A stretch of DNA of 62,484 bases, filler included, from Myxococcota bacterium (GTDB taxonomy: Bacteria > Myxococcota_C > UBA6777): NCBI GenBank assembly GCA_023150835.1. It is 3 parts of 3 records of this genome, joined end to end, with 100 filler letters (N's around TTAATTAATTAA, not from the genome) between each part and the next. Parts side by side here need not be neighbours in the genome. Positions count along the whole stretch, not along the records: positions 1 to 29,948 come from JAKLKB010000080.1; 2 more parts are not named here. One strand, written 5' to 3'. This document shows positions 1-8,836 of this stretch, in pieces (the first letter of the stretch is position 1; the number at the start of each line of letters is the position of its first letter). Below the pieces are notes generated by a model. The model was not told the origin of the DNA and made no database searches. It saw only the letters and a list, made by a program, of their open reading frames with translations. Made by a program: the position numbers and the translations under genes.

Positions 1-1
1 G

Positions 2-733
2 GGAGCCGTTTTGGGTGATCTGTGCGTAGACTTGGTGAGGGGGTGTGCCTTGTTCGAGAACAGCGCGGGATTCGTGGAGGGCTTGTTTGGCGGCGAGGGC
101 GAGCCGTTCGGCGTTGTGGGGGGGGGAGATGTATGCACCGTTGATGAAGAGGGCGGGTGTACCGGGAGAAGTGAAGGCAAGCAGGCTGCGGATATCGCGA
201 TCGATCCACATCTTGAAGGGGGCGTAGTGGAGATAGATCTCAAAAAGCTGTTTGGAGAGGCCGATCTTTTCGGCGATATCGAAGAGTTCTTCGTGGGAGG
301 GGGGAGTTTTTCGTTGAAAGAAGCGGTGGAGGTAGGGCCAAAAGCTGTTGTGTTGGTGAGCGGCGAGGAAAGCGCGGGCGTAGAGGTAGCCTTGATCTTG
401 GAGGATGGTGGGTGCGAGTCGGACTTCCCATCGGATGGCCCCGGGGAATTGTTTCCACAGGGATTGTCGGAAGTGGTGAATAGCGCGGCTGTCTGGATGG
501 GTGGGGTTGAGGTATTCGATGATCTGGATGGGGGCGTGTTGGGGGCCACGACTGATCTGGATGCGACCGTGACTGGGGATGCGATAGCGTTGTTGGAGCA
601 GGTTGGGGGGCGGGGTAGGGTGGGGGTTTCGGACTTGGGTGGTTTGGGTGGTGCAAGCGGCGAAGAGTAGCAGCGCAAGGCCAAGGCCAAGGCGGTGTGT
701 ATGCAAGGAGCGGAAAACAGATTTGTGTTGCAT
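2..733 (-). CDS. Lipoprotein with DsbA/thioredoxin-like domain lacking CXXC (3' end runs off window)
   Basis: Translated by hand; absent from the ORF track because it has no stop in the window. MQHKSVF...LALLLFAAC (lipobox)...GPQHAPIQIIEYLNPTHPDS...GTPALFING matches DsbA-family N-terminal and cis-Pro motifs. AAGGAA RBS-like sequence upstream. Confidence 0.7.
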   Translation of the reverse strand, partial: MQHKSVFRSLHTHRLGLGLALLLFAACTTQTTQVRNPHPTPPPNLLQQRYRIPSHGRIQISRGPQHAPIQIIEYLNPTHPDSRAIHHFRQSLWKQFPGAIRWEVRLAPTILQDQGYLYARAFLAAHQHNSFWPYLHRFFQRKTPPSHEELFDIAEKIGLSKQLFEIYLHYAPFKMWIDRDIRSLLAFTSPGTPALFINGAYISPPHNAERLALAAKQALHESRAVLEQGTPPHQVYAQITQNGS

Positions 734-882
734 CAGCGTTCCTTGGTGGGGGATGAAGTGAAAGAAGTGCGAAGGGGGCAGCGTTGTGGTAGGCTGCGCG
801 GGGAAAAAGGTAGGGGCCGAGAGTTAGGAAAACAAGCCTTGTGTGGGCGAAGACAACGGCGTTTGGACGAGCGAGGTGATCG

Positions 883-2265
883 ATGAAGAAGCGAGATTTG
901 GCGGGTCGTCATGTGTTGGTGTGGGGGTTGCGAAAGACGGGGTTGGCGGGGGCGCGTTTTTTGTTGCGTCGAGGAGCGCGGGTGACGGTGGTTGCCTCGG
1001 GTGATGCGAGCGAATACAAGGAAGCGTTGGAGGCATTGAAGGATCAGTCGGTGTCTTTTTTGTGGGGGGATCGGATGGGATCGTGGGAAGGGATCGATGG
1101 AGTGCTGTTAAGTCCGGGAGTTCCGTATGATCGGCCTGAGTTAGAGCAAGCGCGTGAGTTGGGGATCGAGACGTTGTCGGAGATGGCGTGGGGGTTGTCG
1201 GAGTTGACGGTGCCTTGGGTGGGTGTGACGGGTTCAGCGGGCAAAAGCACGACGGTGTCTTGGGTGGGGGCGATGTTGGCGGCGTCGGGGCTGAGTGGGT
1301 TTGTGGGGGGGAATCTGGGGACGCCGCTGGTGTGTTTTTTGGATGAAGATCGGGCGGTGGATCGGGTGGTTTTGGAGTGTTCGAGTTTTCAGTTGGAAGC
1401 GACTCCCAACGCGCATCCGTGTGTGGGTGTGTTGACCAATCTTCAACCGAACCATCTGGATCGACATGGTACGATGGAGCGTTATGCAGCGTGCAAAGCG
1501 CCGTTGTTTGGGCATCTTGAGAAGGAGGATGCGTTGATCTTGTGCGGTGGGGAACCGAGTGTTTTGCCTGTGGTGCAGGAAAGTCGAGGGGAGCGGATCA
1601 CTTTTTGGAGGGAAGGAGAGGATGTGGAAGGAGCGATGTGTTGGGGAGAACAGATGATCTTGCGGCATCCGAGGTGGGGAGAGGAAGTGTATGATCTGCG
1701 GGGGATGCGTTTGCGCGGTGCGCACAATCGGGAGAATCTGATGGCGGCAGCGTTGGCGGCGCGTTGTGCGGGTGCGACAAAGGACGGGATACAGGCGGCG
1801 ATCGAGGGCTTTGGAGGACTGGCGCATCGTCAAGAAGAGTTGGGAGTTTGGCGTGGAGTGCGCTATGTCAACGACTCGAAGGCGACCACGCCCGATTCTG
1901 CGCTGCGAGCGGTGGAGGCGTGTGCAGAAAAAGGCGAGCGGCTACGTTTGTTGTTGGGGGGGCGCTCGAAAGGGACGGGCTTTTCGGGGTTGCGCGACGC
2001 GGTGTTGAGGGAGGTGGAGAAGTTGTATGTGTTTGGCGAGGCGCGGGCAGAGATCATGCGAGATCTGGGAGGTGTGGTGGAGACGGGAGAGTATGTTTCG
2101 ATGGAAGAAGCCTTGGACGCGGCGGCTTTGGACGCAAAGCAAGGGGAGATCGTGTTGTTAAGTCCGGCGTGTGCGTCATTTGATGCGTTTGAAAGTTTCG
2201 TGCATCGGGGCGAGGTGTTTGGCCGTTGGTTTCGGGCGTTGTGTTCGGGGTCGGTTGCGAAGTAG
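883..2265 (+). CDS. murD: UDP-N-acetylmuramoyl-L-alanine--D-glutamate ligase
   Basis: LSPGVP, GVTGSAGKSTT P-loop, GGNLG, LECSSFQL, NHLDRH, YVNDSKAT, LSPACASFD motifs. Confidence 0.95.
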   Translation: MKKRDLAGRHVLVWGLRKTGLAGARFLLRRGARVTVVASGDASEYKEALEALKDQSVSFLWGDRMGSWEGIDGVLLSPGVPYDRPELEQARELGIETLSEMAWGLSELTVPWVGVTGSAGKSTTVSWVGAMLAASGLSGFVGGNLGTPLVCFLDEDRAVDRVVLECSSFQLEATPNAHPCVGVLTNLQPNHLDRHGTMERYAACKAPLFGHLEKEDALILCGGEPSVLPVVQESRGERITFWREGEDVEGAMCWGEQMILRHPRWGEEVYDLRGMRLRGAHNRENLMAAALAARCAGATKDGIQAAIEGFGGLAHRQEELGVWRGVRYVNDSKATTPDSALRAVEACAEKGERLRLLLGGRSKGTGFSGLRDAVLREVEKLYVFGEARAEIMRDLGGVVETGEYVSMEEALDAAALDAKQGEIVLLSPACASFDAFESFVHRGEVFGRWFRALCSGSVAK

Positions 2266-2393
2266 AGTGTAGCGGGTGTGTCGAGATCCGAGAACGCCCA
2301 TGCTTTCGAGCGGATGCCCATCGCGAAGTCGAGTATTGCGGGCATATCGAGTGTGTGGGTGGAACGTCGCAGCAAACGGGGAAGAAAAGAAGG

Positions 2394-4931
2394 ATGTCCG
2401 AGCAGAAAAACTGCCATGAAGTCGATTGTCCGGTACGTGGTCAGGGTTTGGCGGCAGCGAAGTTTTGCCCGAAGTGTGGCCGTTCGTTGCAGGCATCCGA
2501 GCAAGGGGCGGAAGATCCGTTGATTGGGGAAGTGATCGGGCAGCGTTATCGGATATTGCGGGTGATCGGGCGTGGTGGAATGGGGGTGGTGTACAAGGTG
2601 GAGCATATCGTCATGGGGAAGATCATGGCGATGAAGCTGCTGCATGGACACATCAACAATCGACAGAATGCGATCAAGCGTTTTCGCCAAGAGATCAAGA
2701 TCGTCTCGCGTTTGTCGCACGTGAACACGATCTCTGTGTTTGATTGCGGTGTGACGGCGGACGGAAACTTGTTCATCGTGATGGAGTATCTGCGAGGAAC
2801 CGACCTAGAGAGGTTGTTGGAGCACCAACAGTATCTCGGTTGTATCCGTGCAGCGCGGATCGCACGCCAGATCTGTGCATCGCTTGCAGAAGCCCATGAG
2901 ATCGGGATTATCCACCGCGATATCAAACCTGCGAACGTGATCTTGTTGCGAGACCGAGGGGCCGAAGACTTTGTGAAGGTGTTGGACTTTGGGATCGCGA
3001 AGCTACTCGAACCCGGCCAGAATATGGTGACAGAAGTCGGCTTGATCGTGGGGACGCCGTATTATATGTCTCCTGAACAGGCGATGGGACGGATGGATCT
3101 AGGTCCAGCGGTGGATATCTACAGCTTGGGGGTGGTGTTGTACGAGATGGTGGCGGGTCGGTTGCCTTTTTTGGGGGAGAACACCGCCGACTACATCCAC
3201 GCACATCTCAACATCGAACCTCCCAGACCATCAACAGTTTCGATGTTTCAGGATATCGATCGGGAACTGGACGAGTTGATTATGCAAGCGTTGCAAAAAG
3301 ACCAAAGGCGGCGCTTTGCGAGCATCGAAGCCATGCAATATGCTTTGGATAGGTATATTCACGGAACGCTTTCTCGGGGGCGTCAAGATTCTTTTGCTGT
3401 ATCGGGCGTTTTGGCGATGTCTCAAATTGCTCCGCTGGTGATCTTGGAGGAGCATTCGTCGAGCGGAGAGGTGGAGGCGGCTGGTGCTCAGGAGCGTACG
3501 GAGCTTCAGTCCGCAGAAAGCATTGAGCGGATGCAGCGCACCAAAGCAGCGGATGTTCGAGGAGGATCATCGAGTGATGGTGCTTCATCAAAGGTTGGAG
3601 TGGGAACAACACAGCCAAAAGCAGCGTTGAATGCAGCGGACGGACGGGGAGTCTCAGGGGGAAAGCCAAAAGCAGCGTTGGATACAGCGGATGGACAGGG
3701 AGTCTCAGGGGGAAAGCCAAAAGCAGCGTTGGATGCAGCGGATGGACGGGGGATATCGGACGTAGAGCCAAAAGCAGCGTTGGATGCAGCGGATGGGTAC
3801 GGTGTGTTGGGGGCGGCGGAAGGAGATCTTCAAAGCGCAGCTCGTCCAACGCAAGATCTGAAAGCAGCGGCTGGGAAAAAAAGCTCTCAAGCGTCGTTGG
3901 TTCCAGAAGTTCCGAGTTTGCCTGCGGCGTTGATCTCGGAGCCACCTGAAGAACAGTTGGCGACGCGGGCGGATTGGGAGCGTGTGGAGCGGGGTTGGCG
4001 GCGTTCGTATTGGTGGCAGACGTGGGGGGTGGTGTGGCTGTTGTTGTTGGTGGCGGTTGTTGGTGGCGGTTGGTGGGGATGGGAGCGTTGGACGGAGGTT
4101 CCTGTGCCTCGTGCGGCCTTTTACGACGAGGAACAAGAGAACAACAACACGATGGAGAAAGCGACACCGATCCGTCTGGGGGCGTGGGTGAAAGGTGAGT
4201 TGGGCCGTCGATTGAGCGAGACGTCGTCGGATCGCGATTGGTTTACGTTTGAGATCCCCGAAGGGAAGGCGCAAAGTGTCGCGATCCGTCTCCAGCCGCC
4301 TGCTGCGTTGGATGTGGAGTTGGGCCTGTATCGACAGCGCATCCGCCAAGAAGAGGGCAAGCGTGTGCGAGAACCCGAAGAGCTGATCTCGATCAACAAC
4401 GCACGACGGGGCGGAGAAGAGCGCTTGTTGGGTTATCGGTTGGAGGCGGGGCGTTATGAAGTGTTGGTGCGAGAGTTGGTGGTGATGGGCGAACCACCGC
4501 AAGAATACAAAGGAGCGTATCGTCTGCGCGTCGATCGGGTAGTGCTAGACAAGCACGCAGAGATCGAGCCAAACGATCAATTTGCTTTAGCGAATCGTGC
4601 GCCTGAAAAAGAGTTGGCGCGTGGATATCACGATCGGGCGGGCGATATCGACTTTTGGTATTTTGAGACCAAGAAAAAACAAGAGCAGCGGTATCGGCTG
4701 CGATTTTTTGGTGTGGCGGGTGTGACGGTGGATTTTGCGTTATTGGATGAGGGCGGACAGTCCTTGCGTTTTTGGGCGCGAAACAAGCGGATACGGCGCA
4801 AAGGAACCACCGCGATGTCGCTGCGAACCGATCTCTTTTTTTCGGCCAAAGGGCGGGTATTTGTGCGGATCTTGGCCAAAGAGGGCCACAACTTGGAGAT
4901 ACCGTATGCGATGCGTTTGATGGCGCGCTGA
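2394..4931 (+). CDS. Membrane-anchored Ser/Thr protein kinase with two extracellular PPC-like domains
   Basis: GRGGMGVVY, HRDIKPAN, DFG, GTPYYMSPEQ; TM segment (WGVVWLLLLVAVVGGGWW); two E-x-E-x-N-[ND]...D-x-D-[WF] repeats; start placed at ATG 2394. Confidence 0.9.
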   Translation: MSEQKNCHEVDCPVRGQGLAAAKFCPKCGRSLQASEQGAEDPLIGEVIGQRYRILRVIGRGGMGVVYKVEHIVMGKIMAMKLLHGHINNRQNAIKRFRQEIKIVSRLSHVNTISVFDCGVTADGNLFIVMEYLRGTDLERLLEHQQYLGCIRAARIARQICASLAEAHEIGIIHRDIKPANVILLRDRGAEDFVKVLDFGIAKLLEPGQNMVTEVGLIVGTPYYMSPEQAMGRMDLGPAVDIYSLGVVLYEMVAGRLPFLGENTADYIHAHLNIEPPRPSTVSMFQDIDRELDELIMQALQKDQRRRFASIEAMQYALDRYIHGTLSRGRQDSFAVSGVLAMSQIAPLVILEEHSSSGEVEAAGAQERTELQSAESIERMQRTKAADVRGGSSSDGASSKVGVGTTQPKAALNAADGRGVSGGKPKAALDTADGQGVSGGKPKAALDAADGRGISDVEPKAALDAADGYGVLGAAEGDLQSAARPTQDLKAAAGKKSSQASLVPEVPSLPAALISEPPEEQLATRADWERVERGWRRSYWWQTWGVVWLLLLVAVVGGGWWGWERWTEVPVPRAAFYDEEQENNNTMEKATPIRLGAWVKGELGRRLSETSSDRDWFTFEIPEGKAQSVAIRLQPPAALDVELGLYRQRIRQEEGKRVREPEELISINNARRGGEERLLGYRLEAGRYEVLVRELVVMGEPPQEYKGAYRLRVDRVVLDKHAEIEPNDQFALANRAPEKELARGYHDRAGDIDFWYFETKKKQEQRYRLRFFGVAGVTVDFALLDEGGQSLRFWARNKRIRRKGTTAMSLRTDLFFSAKGRVFVRILAKEGHNLEIPYAMRLMAR
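3613..3797 (+). repeat. Coding 51-bp tandem repeat (~3.5 copies, KPKAALDAADGxGxSxx) in kinase linker
   Basis: gccaaaagcagcgttg(g/a)at(g/a)cagcgga recurs at 51-bp period. Confidence 0.9.
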
Positions 4932-4951
4932 ATGGCGGCGGGAGGGCGAGT

Positions 4952-5644
4952 TCACTTGCAGTTGAGTGTAAAGCGCCCGGCAGCGGGGGGAACGGTATAG
5001 GAAGAGTCGTTGTCTTCGAGGAATCCCGAGAAGAAAAGCAGCGTGGGTCGTTTGGCGAGTCCTTGGGCGGATTGTGCGGCGAGTTGGCAGGGGACGCGCC
5101 ATGCTTGAGAGAGTTGGGGGGGGTACTGTTTCGGGTCGCCGAGTTCGATGTTGAGGATCTCTTGTGTTTTTTCGTTGGGGTTGGTGGAGAGGTGACAGCG
5201 AGCAGAGAGGGGGGCTTGGGGATCTTGTCGTTCGCATTGCTCGAAAGCAAGGGGAAGACGGAGGACGGGGATCTCGATGAAATTTTTCTGCCGCAGTCGG
5301 GTCAGGATCTCGGCGCGTGTCATCTCGGGGGCGGGTTTGTCTGGAGCGTTGGGGGCGACCGCAGAACTCGGATCGAAGACCAATTGGACGCGGCGCAAGG
5401 CGACACGACCGTAGCAGGCGTCCACTTTGAGGACTGCGCGGAGGTCGGATACATCAAATTGAACGGGGGTTGTATCACTCCCGAGAGTGACTGTGAGGGT
5501 GCCTTCGGGTTGAGAAGAGATGAAAGAGTTCGGGCAACAGCGACAACCTTGGAAGGCGAACAGCAAGAACCCAAACGACAAGGCGAATAGACGCCAGCGA
5601 CGCTGTAGAAAAACCGAAGAGAAAAAGTGAATGTCTCGAAACAT
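4952..5644 (-). CDS. Hypothetical exported/lipoprotein
   Basis: ORF 4952..5806; its upstream part overlaps a dispersed repeat, so start placed at ATG 5644 (5674 is an alternative); hydrophobic stretch ending FAFQGC. Confidence 0.6.
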   Translation of the reverse strand: MFRDIHFFSSVFLQRRWRLFALSFGFLLFAFQGCRCCPNSFISSQPEGTLTVTLGSDTTPVQFDVSDLRAVLKVDACYGRVALRRVQLVFDPSSAVAPNAPDKPAPEMTRAEILTRLRQKNFIEIPVLRLPLAFEQCERQDPQAPLSARCHLSTNPNEKTQEILNIELGDPKQYPPQLSQAWRVPCQLAAQSAQGLAKRPTLLFFSGFLEDNDSSYTVPPAAGRFTLNCK

Positions 5645-5742
5645 CGGGCCTAACTTTGAAAGGAGGGCTGCCATCTGCCGAGATCTCAGGGCAAGCCCTG
5701 ACGAGGAAGCGTCGTTTTGGAGTGGGATCGTTTTGGCATGAC

Positions 5743-5870
5743 AAAACTCCCCGTGTTCGCGGCACTTCAAGCGGCACAGGGGTTTGTTTGAAACACCATC
5801 GATCACCCCGCCCCTCTCGGGGTCAAGGGAGCCGCGCTCCCTTGTGGGGCGAGGGGTGAAACCCCACCCA
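5743..5870 (+). repeat. Dispersed ~130-bp intergenic repeat, family R1
   Basis: aaaa..cc.gtgttcgc.gcacttcaagcgg...tgaaaca...ggggtcaagggg...cccttg.gggg...ccccac; related copies at 19866, 31946(-), 39113, 40171(-), 46783(-). Confidence 0.8.
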
Positions 5871-5896
5871 AAAAAGCCGAACAGCGGGATACCTAC

Positions 5897-6562
5897 TTAT
5901 TGAAATTCAACGCGTAGGAGTTGTTCGCCGATGATCAGGACATCGTTGTGTTTGAGGTGGTGTTCTTTGCGGATGCGGATGAAGGTTCCGTTGCGGCTGC
6001 CGAGGTCTTCGAGGGCGTACTGACCGTTGAGGAAAGAGATACGAGCGTGGATGGCGGAGATGTAGCGATCGCCCGGGAAGGTGATCTGCCCGCGTTCACG
6101 GCCCATGTCGACTTGTTCGCCGCCGAGCAAGATCGCGTTGCCGCGTTTTCCGCCAGAGATGAGCTGCATGACGCGGCCCCAGTATTGGCTATAAGGGCTT
6201 CCCCAAACAGGAGAAGGCGCGTCGGTGTGTGGATCAAAGCCGTCTTCATCGGGGGGAGGGGCTTGGATCTTTTCAAAGAGAAAAAGCTGTTTACCGATCA
6301 GCATGGCGTCGTTGTGTTCGAGGGGGGTTTTTTCACGAAGGCGGAGGAAAAGGCCATTGAGGCTGTTTTCATCGCGAACGGTCATGCTGTTGCTGGAGGT
6401 GCGTTGGAAGGTTGCGTGGAGGGGAGAGACATAGGGATCGTCGAGAAAGAGGATATTGCCTTGTTGGCGTCCGATGCGTGTGATATCCGGTTTGAGGGGA
6501 TAGGTGCCTCCTTCTTGGCCGTTGGGCAGAAGGAGGACAAGACGTGCTAGAGAATCGCTCAT
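5897..6562 (-). CDS. Tandem FHA-domain protein
   Basis: Two FHA signatures: IGR...VSPLHA...SLNGLF and MGR...ISAIHA...SRNGTF. Confidence 0.9.
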   Translation of the reverse strand: MSDSLARLVLLLPNGQEGGTYPLKPDITRIGRQQGNILFLDDPYVSPLHATFQRTSSNSMTVRDENSLNGLFLRLREKTPLEHNDAMLIGKQLFLFEKIQAPPPDEDGFDPHTDAPSPVWGSPYSQYWGRVMQLISGGKRGNAILLGGEQVDMGRERGQITFPGDRYISAIHARISFLNGQYALEDLGSRNGTFIRIRKEHHLKHNDVLIIGEQLLRVEFQ

Positions 6563-6731
6563 CGTTTTTTTACCTCAGGCATGGGGCGAAAAGCATCGTT
6601 TACAACACGCGAGAGAGTGTGTTTGGGGTGGAACCTAGCACAAAACAGAAAGTGAAGGGTAGGGGGAAAGGGTGGTTGGGGGTGTGGAATGTGCGGTAGG
6701 ATGGTGTGTTTAGAAGAAAACGAGGGTCGTT

Positions 6732-8387
6732 TTAAGGGGCGTATCGTTTGATCTCGACTTCCGTGGGGCGGAAGACTTTGTCTTGGAATCGAAAGCCTTG
6801 GCGAAAGATGCGGGAGATCTGTTGATCTTCGTTGGTGTGTGGGGTGTGGACTTCTTGGAGAGCGCGGTGGGAGGTGGGGTCAAACAGATAGCTATGGATG
6901 TCGATGGGTTCGAGTCCCTGTTCTTTGAGGGTGGAGAGCAGACGTTCGCGGAATCCCGAAGCTTCGAGGACAGCGGGGTGATGTTCGCCGTGTGTATCCC
7001 AAAGCGATCGATAACGAAGGTCTACGTAGTCAAAGAGCAAGAGCAGATCTTGGAAGATCGCGTAGAGGGCTTGAAAGCGTGTTTCTTCGCGATCGGTGTC
7101 AAGCTCAGCGCGCAAGCGTTCGATGGATCGGCGGAGTTCGCTATTTTCTTCGTGTTGTTTTTGCGCGAGGGTGCGTTGTTCGGTTGCGATATCGAGGAGA
7201 TCGCGGAGTTGGGCTTGTTGTTCTGTGATGGATTGTCGAAGAGAGGCGATCGCGTGGTGGGTTTGTGGATCAAGGGGGGATTGGGGAGGTTGTGGGATGG
7301 GGGTGGTTGCGGTGTGTTCGTGAGAGGAAGCCTCGGTGGTTTCGTGGAGTTCGCGGCTATCGTGACTTGGGTGTGAAGGGTGGATAGCGCGGAGTTCGCG
7401 GCTATCGTGTATCGGGCGTGAAGGGGGGATGGCGCGGAGTTCGCGGCTGTCGTGTGCTGGACGTGAAGGGGGGGGTGTGGCGTGGAGTTCGCGGCTTGCG
7501 TGTGGGTCGTGGAGTCTGTTGGTGAGGGGGGCGTCGTGGTGGTGGAGTTGATGGAGTTCATCGTCGAGAAAGTTGGTGTCTGCATCACGGAGATCGTGTT
7601 CGTCGTAACTCAGGTCGTGTTCGCTGTAATGGTTTGAGAAGTCGGAGTCGTTGGTGGGGGAGGATTGTGCGTGGCTGTCGTAGGTGGGAGGGTCTTGTGT
7701 TTCGTCGGCGTAGGCTTGGAGATCGGGAGGCGTGTGGGATTCGACAGGGGAGATGGGGGCGCGCCCGAGGGTTGCAGCGAGGGGGGCGGGGATGGCGTTG
7801 GGAGCGGCATCTTGTTCGTTGACTTGGGGGGAAGGGACGACGAGGGGCTTTTTGGGCTGAGGAGGGGCGGGGAGGCGCGGGTTGGCGAGGGTTCGTTCGT
7901 TGGGTTCGGGGGAGAGGAGTGGGTGGTTGTAGAGCGGGAGATCGGGTTGAGGTGGGGGAATCTTGGGGTTGTTGGTTTGGTTGAGGATCTCTTGGACTTG
8001 GGGGGCATTTTGGATGTGCGAGACCACGCGCTTGCTTTGATCGGGATCTTGCATCTCTTTTTTGAGGATGTCGGGCAGTTGCATTCCGGGGATGGTATGT
8101 TCGGAAAACTCAGGCAATTCTTGTTGAAGAGACAGGGGCGTGCTTTGGGATCGATTCTTTTGTGGGATGGAGGCTTCTTCAAAGACACTTTGCCATTCAT
8201 CGGGCAGATCGGGGCTAGACGGCGATGCGGGGTGATTCGCGGCTCGCTTTGCCGCTGAAGGTTGCGGCGTGACGGGTTCAAGGCCGACAGGGATCATCTC
8301 ACCGTTTGGACCTTCTTCGAGCAAGATCTTTCGCCACTCGGTGGGAGCTTCTTGCACAGGATGATGATCGCGTTTTGGTTTGTTCAT
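6732..8387 (-). CDS. GrpE-like domain protein with long Pro/His-rich N-terminal extension
   Basis: C-terminal coiled coil plus DLLLLFD...GLEPI...FDPTSHRAL...RQGF...VFRPTEVEI (GrpE-like); internal HDSRELRAxxPSxP repeats. Confidence 0.75.
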   Translation of the reverse strand: MNKPKRDHHPVQEAPTEWRKILLEEGPNGEMIPVGLEPVTPQPSAAKRAANHPASPSSPDLPDEWQSVFEEASIPQKNRSQSTPLSLQQELPEFSEHTIPGMQLPDILKKEMQDPDQSKRVVSHIQNAPQVQEILNQTNNPKIPPPQPDLPLYNHPLLSPEPNERTLANPRLPAPPQPKKPLVVPSPQVNEQDAAPNAIPAPLAATLGRAPISPVESHTPPDLQAYADETQDPPTYDSHAQSSPTNDSDFSNHYSEHDLSYDEHDLRDADTNFLDDELHQLHHHDAPLTNRLHDPHASRELHATPPPSRPAHDSRELRAIPPSRPIHDSRELRAIHPSHPSHDSRELHETTEASSHEHTATTPIPQPPQSPLDPQTHHAIASLRQSITEQQAQLRDLLDIATEQRTLAQKQHEENSELRRSIERLRAELDTDREETRFQALYAIFQDLLLLFDYVDLRYRSLWDTHGEHHPAVLEASGFRERLLSTLKEQGLEPIDIHSYLFDPTSHRALQEVHTPHTNEDQQISRIFRQGFRFQDKVFRPTEVEIKRYAP

Positions 8388-8836
8388 AGGTCTCGCCTCG
8401 TGTCTGCGGTGGGTGCGAACCGCCCTGTGTGGGAATTGCGTTTATTTTGGGGTCAAAAAGGTGTTGTGTTGCGCAAGCAAAGCAGCGCCAAGATAACAAA
8501 GAGCGTGCGTTCTTGCAACGCGTCGGCGTTTGGAGGGGAAGATGCTCGGTGGATCGCTCGACGGATCTGTGGAATGGCGCGATCTTGCAAGGTGCGGAAG
8601 TTTGGGGTGAACACGGTCATTTGAGCAGCAGGGCCTCACCCCAAGGCGGGGCCTGTGTTGGACGAAAAAAATCAGCGAGGGTCTTGATTGTTTTGGAGGG
8701 TTGTTGTTGAGTAAGAAGTTGGCGAAACCTGTACGGAAAGGTCGCGGATGTTTGGCGTTCGAACAACGCACAAACCAAGGCACCACACGGGAAGGCAAAA
8801 GCTTGATGAGATAAGCGTGTAGGATAGGGCGAAACC

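Noticed and set aside
11-670. ORF 11..670(+) and other long antisense or alternative-frame ORFs (e.g. 4772..5590, 16526..17977, 25357..26625, 36833..38116)
   Set aside because: Shadow ORFs of well-supported genes on the opposite strand, with no recognisable motifs.
883-2265. murD outside a dcw cluster
   Set aside because: Dispersed mur genes are common; motifs are canonical.
8575-8589. Sigma-54 promoter-like TGGCGCGATCTTGCA upstream of the ECF gene
   Set aside because: GG-to-GC spacing is one base short of the strict -24/-12 requirement.
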